64,000 bases of DNA from Candidatus Poribacteria bacterium (lineage in GTDB: Bacteria > Poribacteria > WGA-4E > WGA-3G), in contig CAXXLX010000002.1 of NCBI GenBank assembly GCA_963665235.2, positions 608,001-672,000 on the forward strand. The letters run 5' to 3'. Positions 10,044 through 19,590 of the stretch are shown here, in pieces; position 1 is the stretch's first letter, and each line of letters begins with the position of its first letter. The notes under the pieces were generated by a model. That model was not told where the DNA came from and made no database searches. It was given only the letters and a program-made list of their open reading frames with translations. A program made the translations under genes and the position numbers.

Positions 10044-10760
10044 ATGTCAAAAATAGCAGTGATTTCAGGCGTAGGGTCTGGTTTAGGTGCGGCACTTGCC
10101 CGTAAATTTGCGAGTGAGGGGTGTACGCTTGCTTTACTGGCTCGCTCTTCCGCGTATATTACCAATTTATCAAAAAGATTGGAGGAGACAGGTGCAACTG
10201 TGCTGCCGCTTCCTACGGATATTACGGATGCTGCGCAAGTTGCCTCAAGTTTTTCGAAAATTCGTGAGGAATTAGGGGTGCCCGATATTTTGTTGAATCA
10301 TGCGGGGAATGCGACGTGGGGGAACTTCGCGGAGCTGACTCCTGAGGCGTTTGAAGGTGCATGGCGGGTTTGCACGCTCGGTGCGTTTCTGTGTGCGAAG
10401 CAGGTGGTTCCGGGTATGCTTGAGAAGGGGAGTGGGACGATTCTGTTTACAGGGGCGACATCTGCGGTTCGTGGCAGAGCGGGTGCAATCGCTTTCAGCA
10501 GTGCTAAGTTCGCTATGCGTGGGTTAGCTGCGTCACTTGCCCGTGAAGTCGGTCCGAGCGGCATACACGTTGCGCATATCATTATAGATGGTATTATTGA
10601 TACTCCCGGGATTCGGGAGCGGTATCAACTGGCACCGGATGAGCCGTTGCTTGCTCCGGATGCAATTGCGGACACTTATTGGGCACTCGTCCAACAAGAG
10701 CAGAGTGCATGGAGTTTTGAAGTGGATGTCCGTCCGCATAATGAGGAATTCTTTACGTAG
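10044..10760 (+). CDS. SDR family oxidoreductase
   Basis: SGVGSGLG, NHAG, FTGATS, FSSAKFA. Confidence 0.92.
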   Translation: MSKIAVISGVGSGLGAALARKFASEGCTLALLARSSAYITNLSKRLEETGATVLPLPTDITDAAQVASSFSKIREELGVPDILLNHAGNATWGNFAELTPEAFEGAWRVCTLGAFLCAKQVVPGMLEKGSGTILFTGATSAVRGRAGAIAFSSAKFAMRGLAASLAREVGPSGIHVAHIIIDGIIDTPGIRERYQLAPDEPLLAPDAIADTYWALVQQEQSAWSFEVDVRPHNEEFFT

Positions 10761-10851
10761 AAAAATTAGAAACGTAGTGTGAGCTGCTTAGATTTTGCCC
10801 TATTCAGAGGCACAATCTAAGCAGCTTCTCGTTCAAAAAGAGGAAGCACAA

Positions 10852-11427
10852 TTAATTGGTACTGAAATCGGGGGCGTTTTCTGCCATATCTTCCAGAAAC
10901 CTGTTAAGTTTCGTCTGAAATTCGTCCATCCATTCGACCTGTTTACCGCTTCCGGGTATACAGAGGTTTCCAAAGAGTGGGACATTTTTCTCGTACCGTA
11001 CCGGAAGTTCGAGCACTCGGAAATGTTGTGCGTTGTTTTTTCCTCTCTTGCTCAGAAATCGGATTTTTATGTAGCCGGCTTTTTCTAAGTCAGCGAGGGC
11101 TTCGCTAATTTGTTTAGTAGACAGCTCCGTGTCTTCGGCGATTTCGGACAAATTGTGTAATCTGCAAGCGAAGTCTTCAAGGTTCAATTCCCACAAAAGC
11201 GCGCCAAAATCTTTTGCGTCATCTGATAGAAACGGGTCGAGAGTGATAGCGATGATTGCATCTAAGCAGAGGTTAAAATGAGCAGGGTCTACTGTGAAAA
11301 CATTTTGGAGAGATGGATGTTCTTCAAGAAATGTCTGCTTCAAATGTTCACGGAAACTCGCTATTTCATTTTTAAACTCTACAATATGCGTGTACGTTGG
11401 GTTTGGGGGTGGCATATTTTTTCGCAT
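10852..11427 (-). CDS. Hypothetical protein with a winged helix-turn-helix motif
   Basis: Start MRKNMPP after TAAGGAG; LSEIAEDTELSTKQISEALADLEKAGYI HTH; the upstream extension in the ORF track overlaps the next gene. Confidence 0.65.
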   Translation of the reverse strand: MRKNMPPPNPTYTHIVEFKNEIASFREHLKQTFLEEHPSLQNVFTVDPAHFNLCLDAIIAITLDPFLSDDAKDFGALLWELNLEDFACRLHNLSEIAEDTELSTKQISEALADLEKAGYIKIRFLSKRGKNNAQHFRVLELPVRYEKNVPLFGNLCIPGSGKQVEWMDEFQTKLNRFLEDMAENAPDFSTN

Positions 11428-11485
11428 ACTTAACTCCTTAGGTTTACGAAGTCCGGGTCGTGCTTTTTCAACATGTCTTATGTTG

Positions 11486-12859
11486 TCAAAACGTGCTTTC
11501 TCGATTAGTGATTGGACACCATCGGGTTGTTTGAAGGTAGCGCAGCAATACCTCTTTCGCTGCTGGCGTATCGATACGGTAAAGTGCATGCACTGCATTA
11601 CCACGGATATAGCGGTTTTCATCGAAAAGCAGGTTTTCCAACCCTTCAACCGCGTCTGCAGCATGCTTCCCAATTCGAGACAGGGCAAACACGGCATTCC
11701 GTCTGATTCCACCATTCGGGTCTTCCAACGCCTCAATCAACCCTGGAACCGCTACTGAACTAGATTGGCTCGTTGTGCCTAACGCCTCAATTGCGCGTGC
11801 TCGGACTGTAGCGGATTCATCCTGTAACCGCTCAATTAATTCGGGTACTGCGGGTTCAGCCTTGGTTCCGAGGTCGCCGAGTGCTTCAGCAGCGTTTGCG
11901 CGTACGTTTTCTGGGGCATCTTTCAAAGCGGTCCGGAGTGCATTAACGGCGGGTGTGCCGACAGCGTTCAGCGCGTAGCATGCGTTTCGGCGGGTCATAT
12001 CAGATTCCTCGTGCAGACACCGCGTCAATGCGGGTACAGCCTGTTCTCCGAACTGTGGCATCTGATATGCGGCTTGCAGTCCGGTTGATTCGGTTGTACT
12101 GTTCAGTGCGCTAATTAAAGTAGATATGGATTCACCGTTTGATGTTGTGTCTGCTTCGCTGCTTTCCGTGCCTCGGTGCCAATTCCATAGATGTTTGAAC
12201 ATAAGTTGGTGTTCAGGCGGTCCGTGTGCAGTTCCGTTTGCCCATTCTGTTTCCGTATTTGCCCAGGTAGGGCTCTGCGGTTCGGTCATACGGGTGTAGA
12301 GGAACTTCATCATGTACCGCTTGTGTTCACTCTGATTGGGCATTGCGCGGTGCCAGAGGTCGTAGTTTGCGAAGGCGACGGTGCCAGCTTTTCCGGTGAT
12401 AGGTTGTTCGGGCGAGACGTGCGCGCCTTCTTGTGTACTGTAATAGTGGCTCATCGGTACGACTCCTGTCGGGCCGCGTTCGACAGGCGTATCTTGTGGG
12501 TAATAGAAAACGAGCAACCTGCGGGTATGGTGTGACCAACGTTTTCCGCCATCTTGGTGCATGCCCTGTCCGCCACTGCCGGGCGGATTGTAATGTGGGT
12601 GCCGGTGCGGTTGCATGTAATAATCGGGTCCGAGTAGGCTGGTCAAAGCTCCTTTAACGTTAGCATCGTCAAAGACTTGCTGGATATCGGGTATCCGTGG
12701 CAAGAGATTATTCCCTGGGTTGCCCTCCTTGTCGAAGACCGCCACTGTTTTTTCAAAGATGGTCTCATGAAAATTCTCAGGCAGGTCTGTCGTAACGGTG
12801 ACATACCCGTTCACAATAAAATGTTGCATCTGTGCATCTGTTAAGAGGTGTTCTCCCAT
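11486..12859 (-). CDS. PhyH-family Fe(II)/2OG dioxygenase fused to HEAT repeats
   Basis: F..NGY, HQD, LWHRA facial triad; C-terminal VRANAAEALG-type HEAT repeats. Confidence 0.9.
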   Translation of the reverse strand: MGEHLLTDAQMQHFIVNGYVTVTTDLPENFHETIFEKTVAVFDKEGNPGNNLLPRIPDIQQVFDDANVKGALTSLLGPDYYMQPHRHPHYNPPGSGGQGMHQDGGKRWSHHTRRLLVFYYPQDTPVERGPTGVVPMSHYYSTQEGAHVSPEQPITGKAGTVAFANYDLWHRAMPNQSEHKRYMMKFLYTRMTEPQSPTWANTETEWANGTAHGPPEHQLMFKHLWNWHRGTESSEADTTSNGESISTLISALNSTTESTGLQAAYQMPQFGEQAVPALTRCLHEESDMTRRNACYALNAVGTPAVNALRTALKDAPENVRANAAEALGDLGTKAEPAVPELIERLQDESATVRARAIEALGTTSQSSSVAVPGLIEALEDPNGGIRRNAVFALSRIGKHAADAVEGLENLLFDENRYIRGNAVHALYRIDTPAAKEVLLRYLQTTRWCPITNRESTF

Positions 12860-13019
12860 TTTTGATATCCTCCTAAGGTTTTCGGTTATCTCTGAACATT
12901 TCTTAAACCTCTTTTAATATAGTATGCCACAAATTCGCGGAATTGACAAGGAAAAAATGTTCATGCAAATATGAAATTGTGATATACTATTCTATTAAAT
13001 TGAGTGGAGGTAGTTTAGT

Positions 13020-14219
13020 ATGGGTAGAACTTTTGAAAAATCGTTGGCGTGGCAGGCACGCGCGAAAGCTGCTTTAGTCGGTGGCGGTCAACCGCATAAA
13101 CGGAGTCAACCGCCGGAACCAGTTATGGTTGCTGGTGGGAAAGGATCACATTTTTGGGACGCGGACGGTAATGACTATATTGATTACCTGATGGGATACG
13201 GTCCGATGATTCTCGGACATGCCTATCCCGCTGTGATAGAAGCGGTTGCAAAGGCTCTCGAACGCGGCAATGTCTATAACTTTGGGCATACATTAGAGAT
13301 AGAACTTGCAGAAAAACTTGTTAAGATTATTCCATCCGCGGATAGGGTGGCATATTTTGTCGGGGGTTCCGATGCGACAACTGGCGCGCTTAAGTTTGCA
13401 CGCGCTTATACTGGAAAGGAGAAGGTGATTCGGTGCGGTTACCACGGCTGGCACGATTGGTGTCATAACACCCGCGGACATTTGCCGAGCAGTGCTGCGT
13501 CAACGCTTACCGTTGGTTTTAACGATATAGATGCACTGGAAGACCTCTTTAAGGAACATCCCACAGAAATAGCATGTTTGATTATGGAACCTTCTGGACA
13601 CGATTTGCCAACCGAGGGATATTTGGAAAACGTGAAGTCCGTTGTGAACGCTAACGATGCGCTGTTAATTTTTGATGAGGTCAAAACTGGCTTCCGGTAT
13701 GCTTTAGGGGGCGCGCAAGAATATTTCGGTGTTATTCCAGACATGTCGGTGTTCGGGAAAGCCCTAGCGAACGGTTTCGCTACTGCTGTTGTTGTCGGCA
13801 AGCAGGAGATTATGGATGAAGTTGCGGGTGTATGGGTCGCTGCCACCTTCCACGGTGAGGTATCACTTGTCGCTGCCGCTATCGCTACAATTGCGGAATT
13901 GGAAGCGAAAGATGGGGTCAATTTTATGTGGCAACAGGGGACAAAATTGTTAGATGGTTATAAAGAAATGACGGACCGATTGGGGATTGAGCAGGCACGT
14001 ATCGGGGGCATTGGGCCTATGCCGTTTTTCGGTTTGGGCGCAGGTGACGAACGGCAGCAGCAATTTCGAAAAATTTTCTATGAAACGACATTAGATGGCG
14101 GATTGTATCTGCCGCAAGGGCATATCTGGTTTATGTCCATTTCACATACGGATGAGGATATCGCTAAAACGCTAAGTGTTTCAGAGGATGCACTCAAACA
14201 GGCGAAAGCGAAGGGATAA
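13020..14219 (+). CDS. Class III aminotransferase (GSA aminomutase-like)
   Basis: DADGNDYIDYLMGYGPMILGH, YHGWHD, FDEVKTGFR, FGKALANG. Confidence 0.92.
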   Translation: MGRTFEKSLAWQARAKAALVGGGQPHKRSQPPEPVMVAGGKGSHFWDADGNDYIDYLMGYGPMILGHAYPAVIEAVAKALERGNVYNFGHTLEIELAEKLVKIIPSADRVAYFVGGSDATTGALKFARAYTGKEKVIRCGYHGWHDWCHNTRGHLPSSAASTLTVGFNDIDALEDLFKEHPTEIACLIMEPSGHDLPTEGYLENVKSVVNANDALLIFDEVKTGFRYALGGAQEYFGVIPDMSVFGKALANGFATAVVVGKQEIMDEVAGVWVAATFHGEVSLVAAAIATIAELEAKDGVNFMWQQGTKLLDGYKEMTDRLGIEQARIGGIGPMPFFGLGAGDERQQQFRKIFYETTLDGGLYLPQGHIWFMSISHTDEDIAKTLSVSEDALKQAKAKG

Positions 14220-14224
14220 GGAAA

Positions 14225-15085
14225 ATGAATTACGCAAAACCTTTTATTGTTGATAAAAACTTGGGGGCAGCACTAGACCTTGAGAATGCTTCGCTCCCGG
14301 AGACGACATCTGATGGCACACCTGTTGTGCCACCGACACAGGAACAGAAATATCTGTTTGATATGCACGGCTGGCTGTTAGTCCCCGGCGTATTGTCAGG
14401 CGATGAACTGGAAGAGATGCAGGAATTTGGGTATCGTCTCCGCCATGACCCGGAGTCTATACCGGCACATGAGCGTTCGCCGCTGGGCGGTCCGATGCAG
14501 AAGTTAGCTGACCATCCGAACGTTGTCGGTTTTCTAAACGAATTCCTTGCCCATCCTGCCCTTTCAAGCCCAGAATGTTACGGGTTCCGTATGGAATCGT
14601 GTCACATGTTTTACCGCACGGTTGGGGATGGGAACTTTGGACCACACAACGGTAACGGCATGCTGCGTTTCCCCGGTGACTCGCATCTGTATCGGTGTAT
14701 TCCCGGTAAGGCATATAGCGGGTTGACGCGCATTGTGTGGGAGCTCAATCCGGTCAAATATAGACAGGGGGGCACGCTATTCATTACGGGCAGCCATAAG
14801 GCGGTCTATACGGCACCGGACACAATTCAGACTCCGGACTCGCCGATTTGGGATACGTACGAGTGTCCGGCTGGCTCGCTGCTGTTTTTCACGGAGGCGT
14901 TGACGCACAGTACACATCGGTGGACCAACGAGGAAAACCACCGGATTGCAATTTTCAGTTGCTACAATACGGTGAATAGCAAGTGGCACGATTGGAATCC
15001 GCATCCGGAGTTGTTAGCGGCGATGCCATCGAAACGTCAGACGCTTTTCCGCCCGGTTCGGGCTGCGAATAACTTGGTCGGATAA
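14225..15085 (+). CDS. PhyH-like Fe(II)/2OG oxygenase with HxG motif
   Basis: FDMHGWL, PHNG, GSHK, AGSLLFFTEALTH, conserved Arg (HRIAI). Confidence 0.8.
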   Translation: MNYAKPFIVDKNLGAALDLENASLPETTSDGTPVVPPTQEQKYLFDMHGWLLVPGVLSGDELEEMQEFGYRLRHDPESIPAHERSPLGGPMQKLADHPNVVGFLNEFLAHPALSSPECYGFRMESCHMFYRTVGDGNFGPHNGNGMLRFPGDSHLYRCIPGKAYSGLTRIVWELNPVKYRQGGTLFITGSHKAVYTAPDTIQTPDSPIWDTYECPAGSLLFFTEALTHSTHRWTNEENHRIAIFSCYNTVNSKWHDWNPHPELLAAMPSKRQTLFRPVRAANNLVG

Positions 15086-15115
15086 ACGGCACTGTTTCAT
15101 CGGGGGGCGCATTTT

Positions 15116-16756
15116 CTACGCTGCGTCTGCCTCAGATTCTGCATCGGTTTGCTTTGATTTCCAATATCTATAACATGTCCACGTGCCGGAGATGAGGACA
15201 GCGACAAGCAACACAATGATTCCGATATCGATAACCTGTCGCCAGGGATTGAGTTGCCGGAGCCGCTGTCCAGCTAATTTCGCGGCGGGGCTGCCTTTTT
15301 GTGCCTTGAGTTTCACCTGTTCCCAATAGGTTTTGGCGAGTTCCGGGTTCTGATACGCCTCGGCTAATTTCGCTGTGATGACAATATAGTTAATGTCCTC
15401 CACCTCTGAGCGTTTGATTGCATCGGCGAAGGAGCTTAAGAGGAGCAGCGTTAAATCTTCGGACAGCGGGGGGAAATCGAACGTTCCTTCGATACCGTTT
15501 TGAAAGGCACTTATCGCTGCGGCGTGATTCTTGCGACTGAATTCAAGTTCGGCAACCTCGAACCAGGTTTTTTTCTCTAAACGGATAGGTTGTTCTATTG
15601 CAGTATAACCGCCGAACGTGAATGTTGCTGTCCCGTAATAGCGGTCTTTGTGCTGGACATTGAGTGTGTAGTCTGTCCCTGGCGTTAGCGGTGCTGTGGA
15701 TTTCCACGTTTCAAATATGTAGGTGTTATCTTCTGCGACCCGTTCGACATAGTCTGTGCCCTCAATTGCGACCTCTGCTCCGACAACCGATTCACCCGCG
15801 GGTCCGGTAACAGTCCCGGAGACGGTAATCGGTTTGAGTGTCCAATTAAACGCCACCGCTTCGCCTTGTGTGTTTTTCAAATCGGTCGTTTTAGGGGGAG
15901 GACTGATATAACCGGACTTCCTAACTGCGACGGTATAGGTCTCATGCTGTAGGTTATCGGTGAAAAGCTTTGGGGTCAGTCCACTTGCTTCATCGTTGAG
16001 CAAAATCTCTGCCCCCTCTGGGGAGGTTGTAACCTTGAGTGCGGGGCTGAGTTTCAGAACGTCCTGTTCAACATCACCTGTCGGTGCAAGGATACCGCCT
16101 CTGAAATTGTGCTTCGCTGGAAGTGCATCGTAAATTTCGAGAATGCTGAGACGGCGGTTATCATCCTGGTCTGTTTTTTGGTCAGTGAGTGCATTGATAA
16201 TTTGCTGTAGGATGGAATTTTCGGCGATGCTCTCGGTTTTAATGATGTTCAGTGCAGCCGTGCCGAGCGTTTCGCGGTTCGCGTAGTAGGCAGTTAGATT
16301 GTTATCGCTTGTGTATGCGTCAATGATAACAGGAGTTTGGCTCGTTCCTATCTGTTGCAGCCATTGATTTAGTGTGTAGTCTTCAATGGGTGTTTCGCCT
16401 TGTACTAAAAGATGCATCGCGTTGCGCCCGCGCGGTTTGGTAACCGGGCCGTGATAAAGAAAAATAACGGTCTGTTTTTTAGCGGATGTGTTCTGGATAT
16501 CTGTTAGCACGGCGTGGATTTCCTCACGGGTTGCTTGTTCCCCCTTGAGATGATGGATTTGCGCGGGGGGCACCTTTCCACGTTGGACTAACACTTCGGT
16601 TAGCTTCGTTAGTAGCGGTTCCGCTTGCGCGTCCGATGTTGCATCGACGATAAGCCAATGTGTACCGGTGTCGACCGGCATAGCGAGAACTGCCGAGATA
16701 TTTACCGCTAAAAAGCAGCTGAAAAGGACGAAAATGATGGTCTTATGTTTTAGCAT
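15116..16756 (-). CDS. Exported, membrane-anchored protein: degenerate caspase-like domain + PEGA + beta-sandwich + TPR-like region + C-terminal TM
   Basis: Signal peptide; ATREEI..., VIFLYHGP, VIIDAY; LKVTTSPEGAEILLND..GLTP (PEGA); C-terminal hydrophobic helix followed by basic residues. Confidence 0.7.
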   Translation of the reverse strand: MLKHKTIIFVLFSCFLAVNISAVLAMPVDTGTHWLIVDATSDAQAEPLLTKLTEVLVQRGKVPPAQIHHLKGEQATREEIHAVLTDIQNTSAKKQTVIFLYHGPVTKPRGRNAMHLLVQGETPIEDYTLNQWLQQIGTSQTPVIIDAYTSDNNLTAYYANRETLGTAALNIIKTESIAENSILQQIINALTDQKTDQDDNRRLSILEIYDALPAKHNFRGGILAPTGDVEQDVLKLSPALKVTTSPEGAEILLNDEASGLTPKLFTDNLQHETYTVAVRKSGYISPPPKTTDLKNTQGEAVAFNWTLKPITVSGTVTGPAGESVVGAEVAIEGTDYVERVAEDNTYIFETWKSTAPLTPGTDYTLNVQHKDRYYGTATFTFGGYTAIEQPIRLEKKTWFEVAELEFSRKNHAAAISAFQNGIEGTFDFPPLSEDLTLLLLSSFADAIKRSEVEDINYIVITAKLAEAYQNPELAKTYWEQVKLKAQKGSPAAKLAGQRLRQLNPWRQVIDIGIIVLLVAVLISGTWTCYRYWKSKQTDAESEADAA

Positions 16757-16908
16757 ATCCGTAAATTCCTGATTTTGAGTTAGATTCCCCTCCATGTTAG
16801 CAAAAAGCGGTAACAATTGCAAGAAAAAATTGTGAAATTTTGACAAACGTTAGAATAGTTCTAGATTTAGTCCTTGTCTTTCTCGCCAGATAGGTGTTCG
16901 GACCAGCC

Positions 16909-18003
16909 ATGAAAAACAGATTGTTTTCAATATTGATAGTTCAGTTTATAGCACTCACATTTCTAAGCTGTAGTCTCATCCCTGATCCGCAGATAGAGCA
17001 TCTCCCTGATGGTGCAAAAGCAGAGCATAGGATGGGGTTTATCAATAACATCCAATATTCGCCGGATGGCACGAAACTCACGGTTGCTAGTTCGTCCGGT
17101 ATTTGGCACTACGATTCACAGACAGGTAAGGAACTTGGCGTATTCCCCGCGTATAACATGCATAGCCTTGGGTTTATGCCCATGAGCGTGGCGTATAGTC
17201 CAGATGGCAAAACAGTCGCAAGTGGATGTAGGGATGGAACCATTCGTCTGTGGGATACCGACACAAGTATACCCCAACATACACTTTCTGGGCATAAGAA
17301 AGCGGTCTGGAGCGTGGCGTATAGTCCAGATGGCAAAACAGTCGCAAGTGGCGGTCAGGATAAAACGCTCCGGCTGTGGGATGCGAACATAGGACAACAC
17401 CTCCGAAAACTCAAAGGACATAAGGGGGCGGTCTTAAGTGTTACCTACAGTCCTGATGGCAGGATGATCGCTACTGGAAGTGAAGACACTACGCTCCGTC
17501 TATGGGATGCGAACACAGGACAACACCTCCGAACATTCAAAGGACATAAGGGGCATGTTCGGAGCGTAACGTTTAGTCCGGATAGCAGTACTATCGCAAG
17601 TGCCAGTCGGAACAATACCATCACTACCATTTGTCTGTGGGATGTAAACAGCGGACGACAAATCCGAACACTCTCTGGGTATACGAGGATAATGAATCAT
17701 AAGGATTCAAATGTAGAAACCTGGGCCTCTGAATCTAATAGTGTGGCGTTTAGTCCGGATGGAAGGACTATAGGTAGTGCTAGTTTTGGTGAAACCCATC
17801 AGTGGGATGCGAATACGGGACAACACCTCCGAAAACTCGAGGGGCCCCAGGGGACTCCGTGTTGGGTCTTTAACGTGGCATTCAGTCCGGATGGAAAGAC
17901 TATTGTAAGTACGGGTACGAGGGAAGTCAATCAATGGGATGCGAACACAGGACAATACCTACGAACACTCATAAAAGTTAAGCCTTACACTAACAAGAAT
18001 TAG
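16909..18003 (+). CDS. WD40-repeat lipoprotein
   Basis: Lipobox FLSC; repeated SVAYSPDGKTVASG..D.T.RLWD. Confidence 0.92.
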   Translation: MKNRLFSILIVQFIALTFLSCSLIPDPQIEHLPDGAKAEHRMGFINNIQYSPDGTKLTVASSSGIWHYDSQTGKELGVFPAYNMHSLGFMPMSVAYSPDGKTVASGCRDGTIRLWDTDTSIPQHTLSGHKKAVWSVAYSPDGKTVASGGQDKTLRLWDANIGQHLRKLKGHKGAVLSVTYSPDGRMIATGSEDTTLRLWDANTGQHLRTFKGHKGHVRSVTFSPDSSTIASASRNNTITTICLWDVNSGRQIRTLSGYTRIMNHKDSNVETWASESNSVAFSPDGRTIGSASFGETHQWDANTGQHLRKLEGPQGTPCWVFNVAFSPDGKTIVSTGTREVNQWDANTGQYLRTLIKVKPYTNKN

Positions 18004-18032
18004 ACTTAAATCCATCTGCAAGGGGAAACATC

Positions 18033-19115
18033 ATGAAATATGTCAACGCCTGCTTGTTTACGACTTTTATTCTTATTACAGTCCTGCAAATCGGCTGTTT
18101 ATCTACGGGGGTAATGGGCAAGGCAGAGAAATTAGTTGAAGCGCAGGATTATCAGGAGGCGATAGAAGTTTATCAAAGCATCGTTGATAGTAAACCTGGT
18201 ACGGCTGCCGCACGCGCAGCCCAACTCGCTATCGGTGAACTCTACATTGTACATATCAATCAACCCCAACGCGGGATTGAAATCTATAAAGCGGTCATTG
18301 CTGAAGCCCCCGATAGCGATGAGGCAGCAGAGGCACACTATTGTATAGGAATGCACGTCTATCGTCAAAAAGATTATGACGCAGCGCAGACCCGATTTGA
18401 GACTGTTGTCACCCAATTTCCGCATCTGAAATTGCGTCAGAATGCTCACCTGATGTTGGCAAAAAGTTATGAGGGGGGGCAGAAATATGAACACGCTGTG
18501 AAAACTTTTGAGGATTTTGCGAACCGCTATCCACAAAGCAAACGCGCTGCCCAAGCCGGTGCCAATAAAGCACGCATACAACGCAAATTCCTTAAAGATG
18601 AGCGTATAGAATCACACGTTGAAAAACCGAAAGCGGAATCAATTGAGCGCACTGCCTCTCCCTTTGGATTTGGTCCGTATCCGGAGGTTCCGGTCGATTT
18701 TCCGTTTCAGGAACAAATTTGGGATAATCCCATACCAGAGCATGAGTTGTTAGTCCGGATCCGTGTTAAGTTGTGGAAACAGGGCACACAGACTACAGGT
18801 GCCATGTTTGATAATAATGGTCTCATTTATCCGACTATTCCCGGTGTAATTTATGTGGAATGGCGGACTGTTGAAGAAGGTCCGCTGCAGTTCGTAGGAC
18901 GACGGTATGCTGCGCACGTCATGGGGCACCCAGATACTGCTAAAAAATGGAGTGCTTCATATCTAACTGAACTTGGGTATGAACGCACAGACGTAAAGAA
19001 TGACAGTGAGGCATCAGGTATAAAAGTTCATGAGTATCCAGATGGAGGGATAGACCCTTACAAATTTCTCGATTTACCGAAGAGTCTCATTCAAAATCCT
19101 CTGCATGAAGATTAA
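18033..19115 (+). CDS. TPR (BamD/YbgF-like) lipoprotein with extra C-terminal domain
   Basis: QIGC lipobox-like; TPR helices with YP.S..A motifs; C-terminal SPFGFGPYPEVP domain. Confidence 0.8.
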   Translation: MKYVNACLFTTFILITVLQIGCLSTGVMGKAEKLVEAQDYQEAIEVYQSIVDSKPGTAAARAAQLAIGELYIVHINQPQRGIEIYKAVIAEAPDSDEAAEAHYCIGMHVYRQKDYDAAQTRFETVVTQFPHLKLRQNAHLMLAKSYEGGQKYEHAVKTFEDFANRYPQSKRAAQAGANKARIQRKFLKDERIESHVEKPKAESIERTASPFGFGPYPEVPVDFPFQEQIWDNPIPEHELLVRIRVKLWKQGTQTTGAMFDNNGLIYPTIPGVIYVEWRTVEEGPLQFVGRRYAAHVMGHPDTAKKWSASYLTELGYERTDVKNDSEASGIKVHEYPDGGIDPYKFLDLPKSLIQNPLHED

Positions 19116-19134
19116 TTTATCAAATCCCGCGCTA

Positions 19135-19162
19135 CAAAACCTCGCTCTTTAGGGCGAGATAG
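19135..19162. repeat. IS200/IS605-type subterminal hairpin remnant
   Basis: AAACCTCGCTCTTTAGGGCGAGATAG resembles IS605-group ends; no transposase nearby. Confidence 0.5.
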
Positions 19163-19590
19163 CAAAAGGAAGAAACAAAGAGGAGGTGCCCTCTTCTCTT
19201 TCTTTGCGTTTTCTTGCTAATTGCTAATGGACAATCCGCGTTATCCGTGTAGTCTGCGATAATCCGAGATTTGCGGCGTACTCGCCCAAATGCGACGTGC
19301 ATTCTGACACCCCCTTTGTCCAAAAACTTTACACACCCCTTTACACACTCAATTGTGAGTTCATAAAATTTGTGGTATACTTAAGGAGATGCTACTGAAC
19401 GCAAGTCTATGCCTATTCTGATTTTTAACGTACTAAACGTTTTCTGTTGAATTGCGTCAAAATAGCTAATCTGTTTTTTGGAAAAACATCCTTATTAGGA
19501 GCCCGATTTGAACTTTCGCGTTTTTTTTCTGTCAAAACAGAACGTGAAAAACTGATTTATTACAATTTTCTTTTTTTAAAGGAGACGCTG

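Noticed and set aside
11428-11736. N-terminal extension of the 294-aa ORF 10852..11736
   Set aside because: Overlaps the PhyH-HEAT gene in another frame; a good RBS supports the start at 11427
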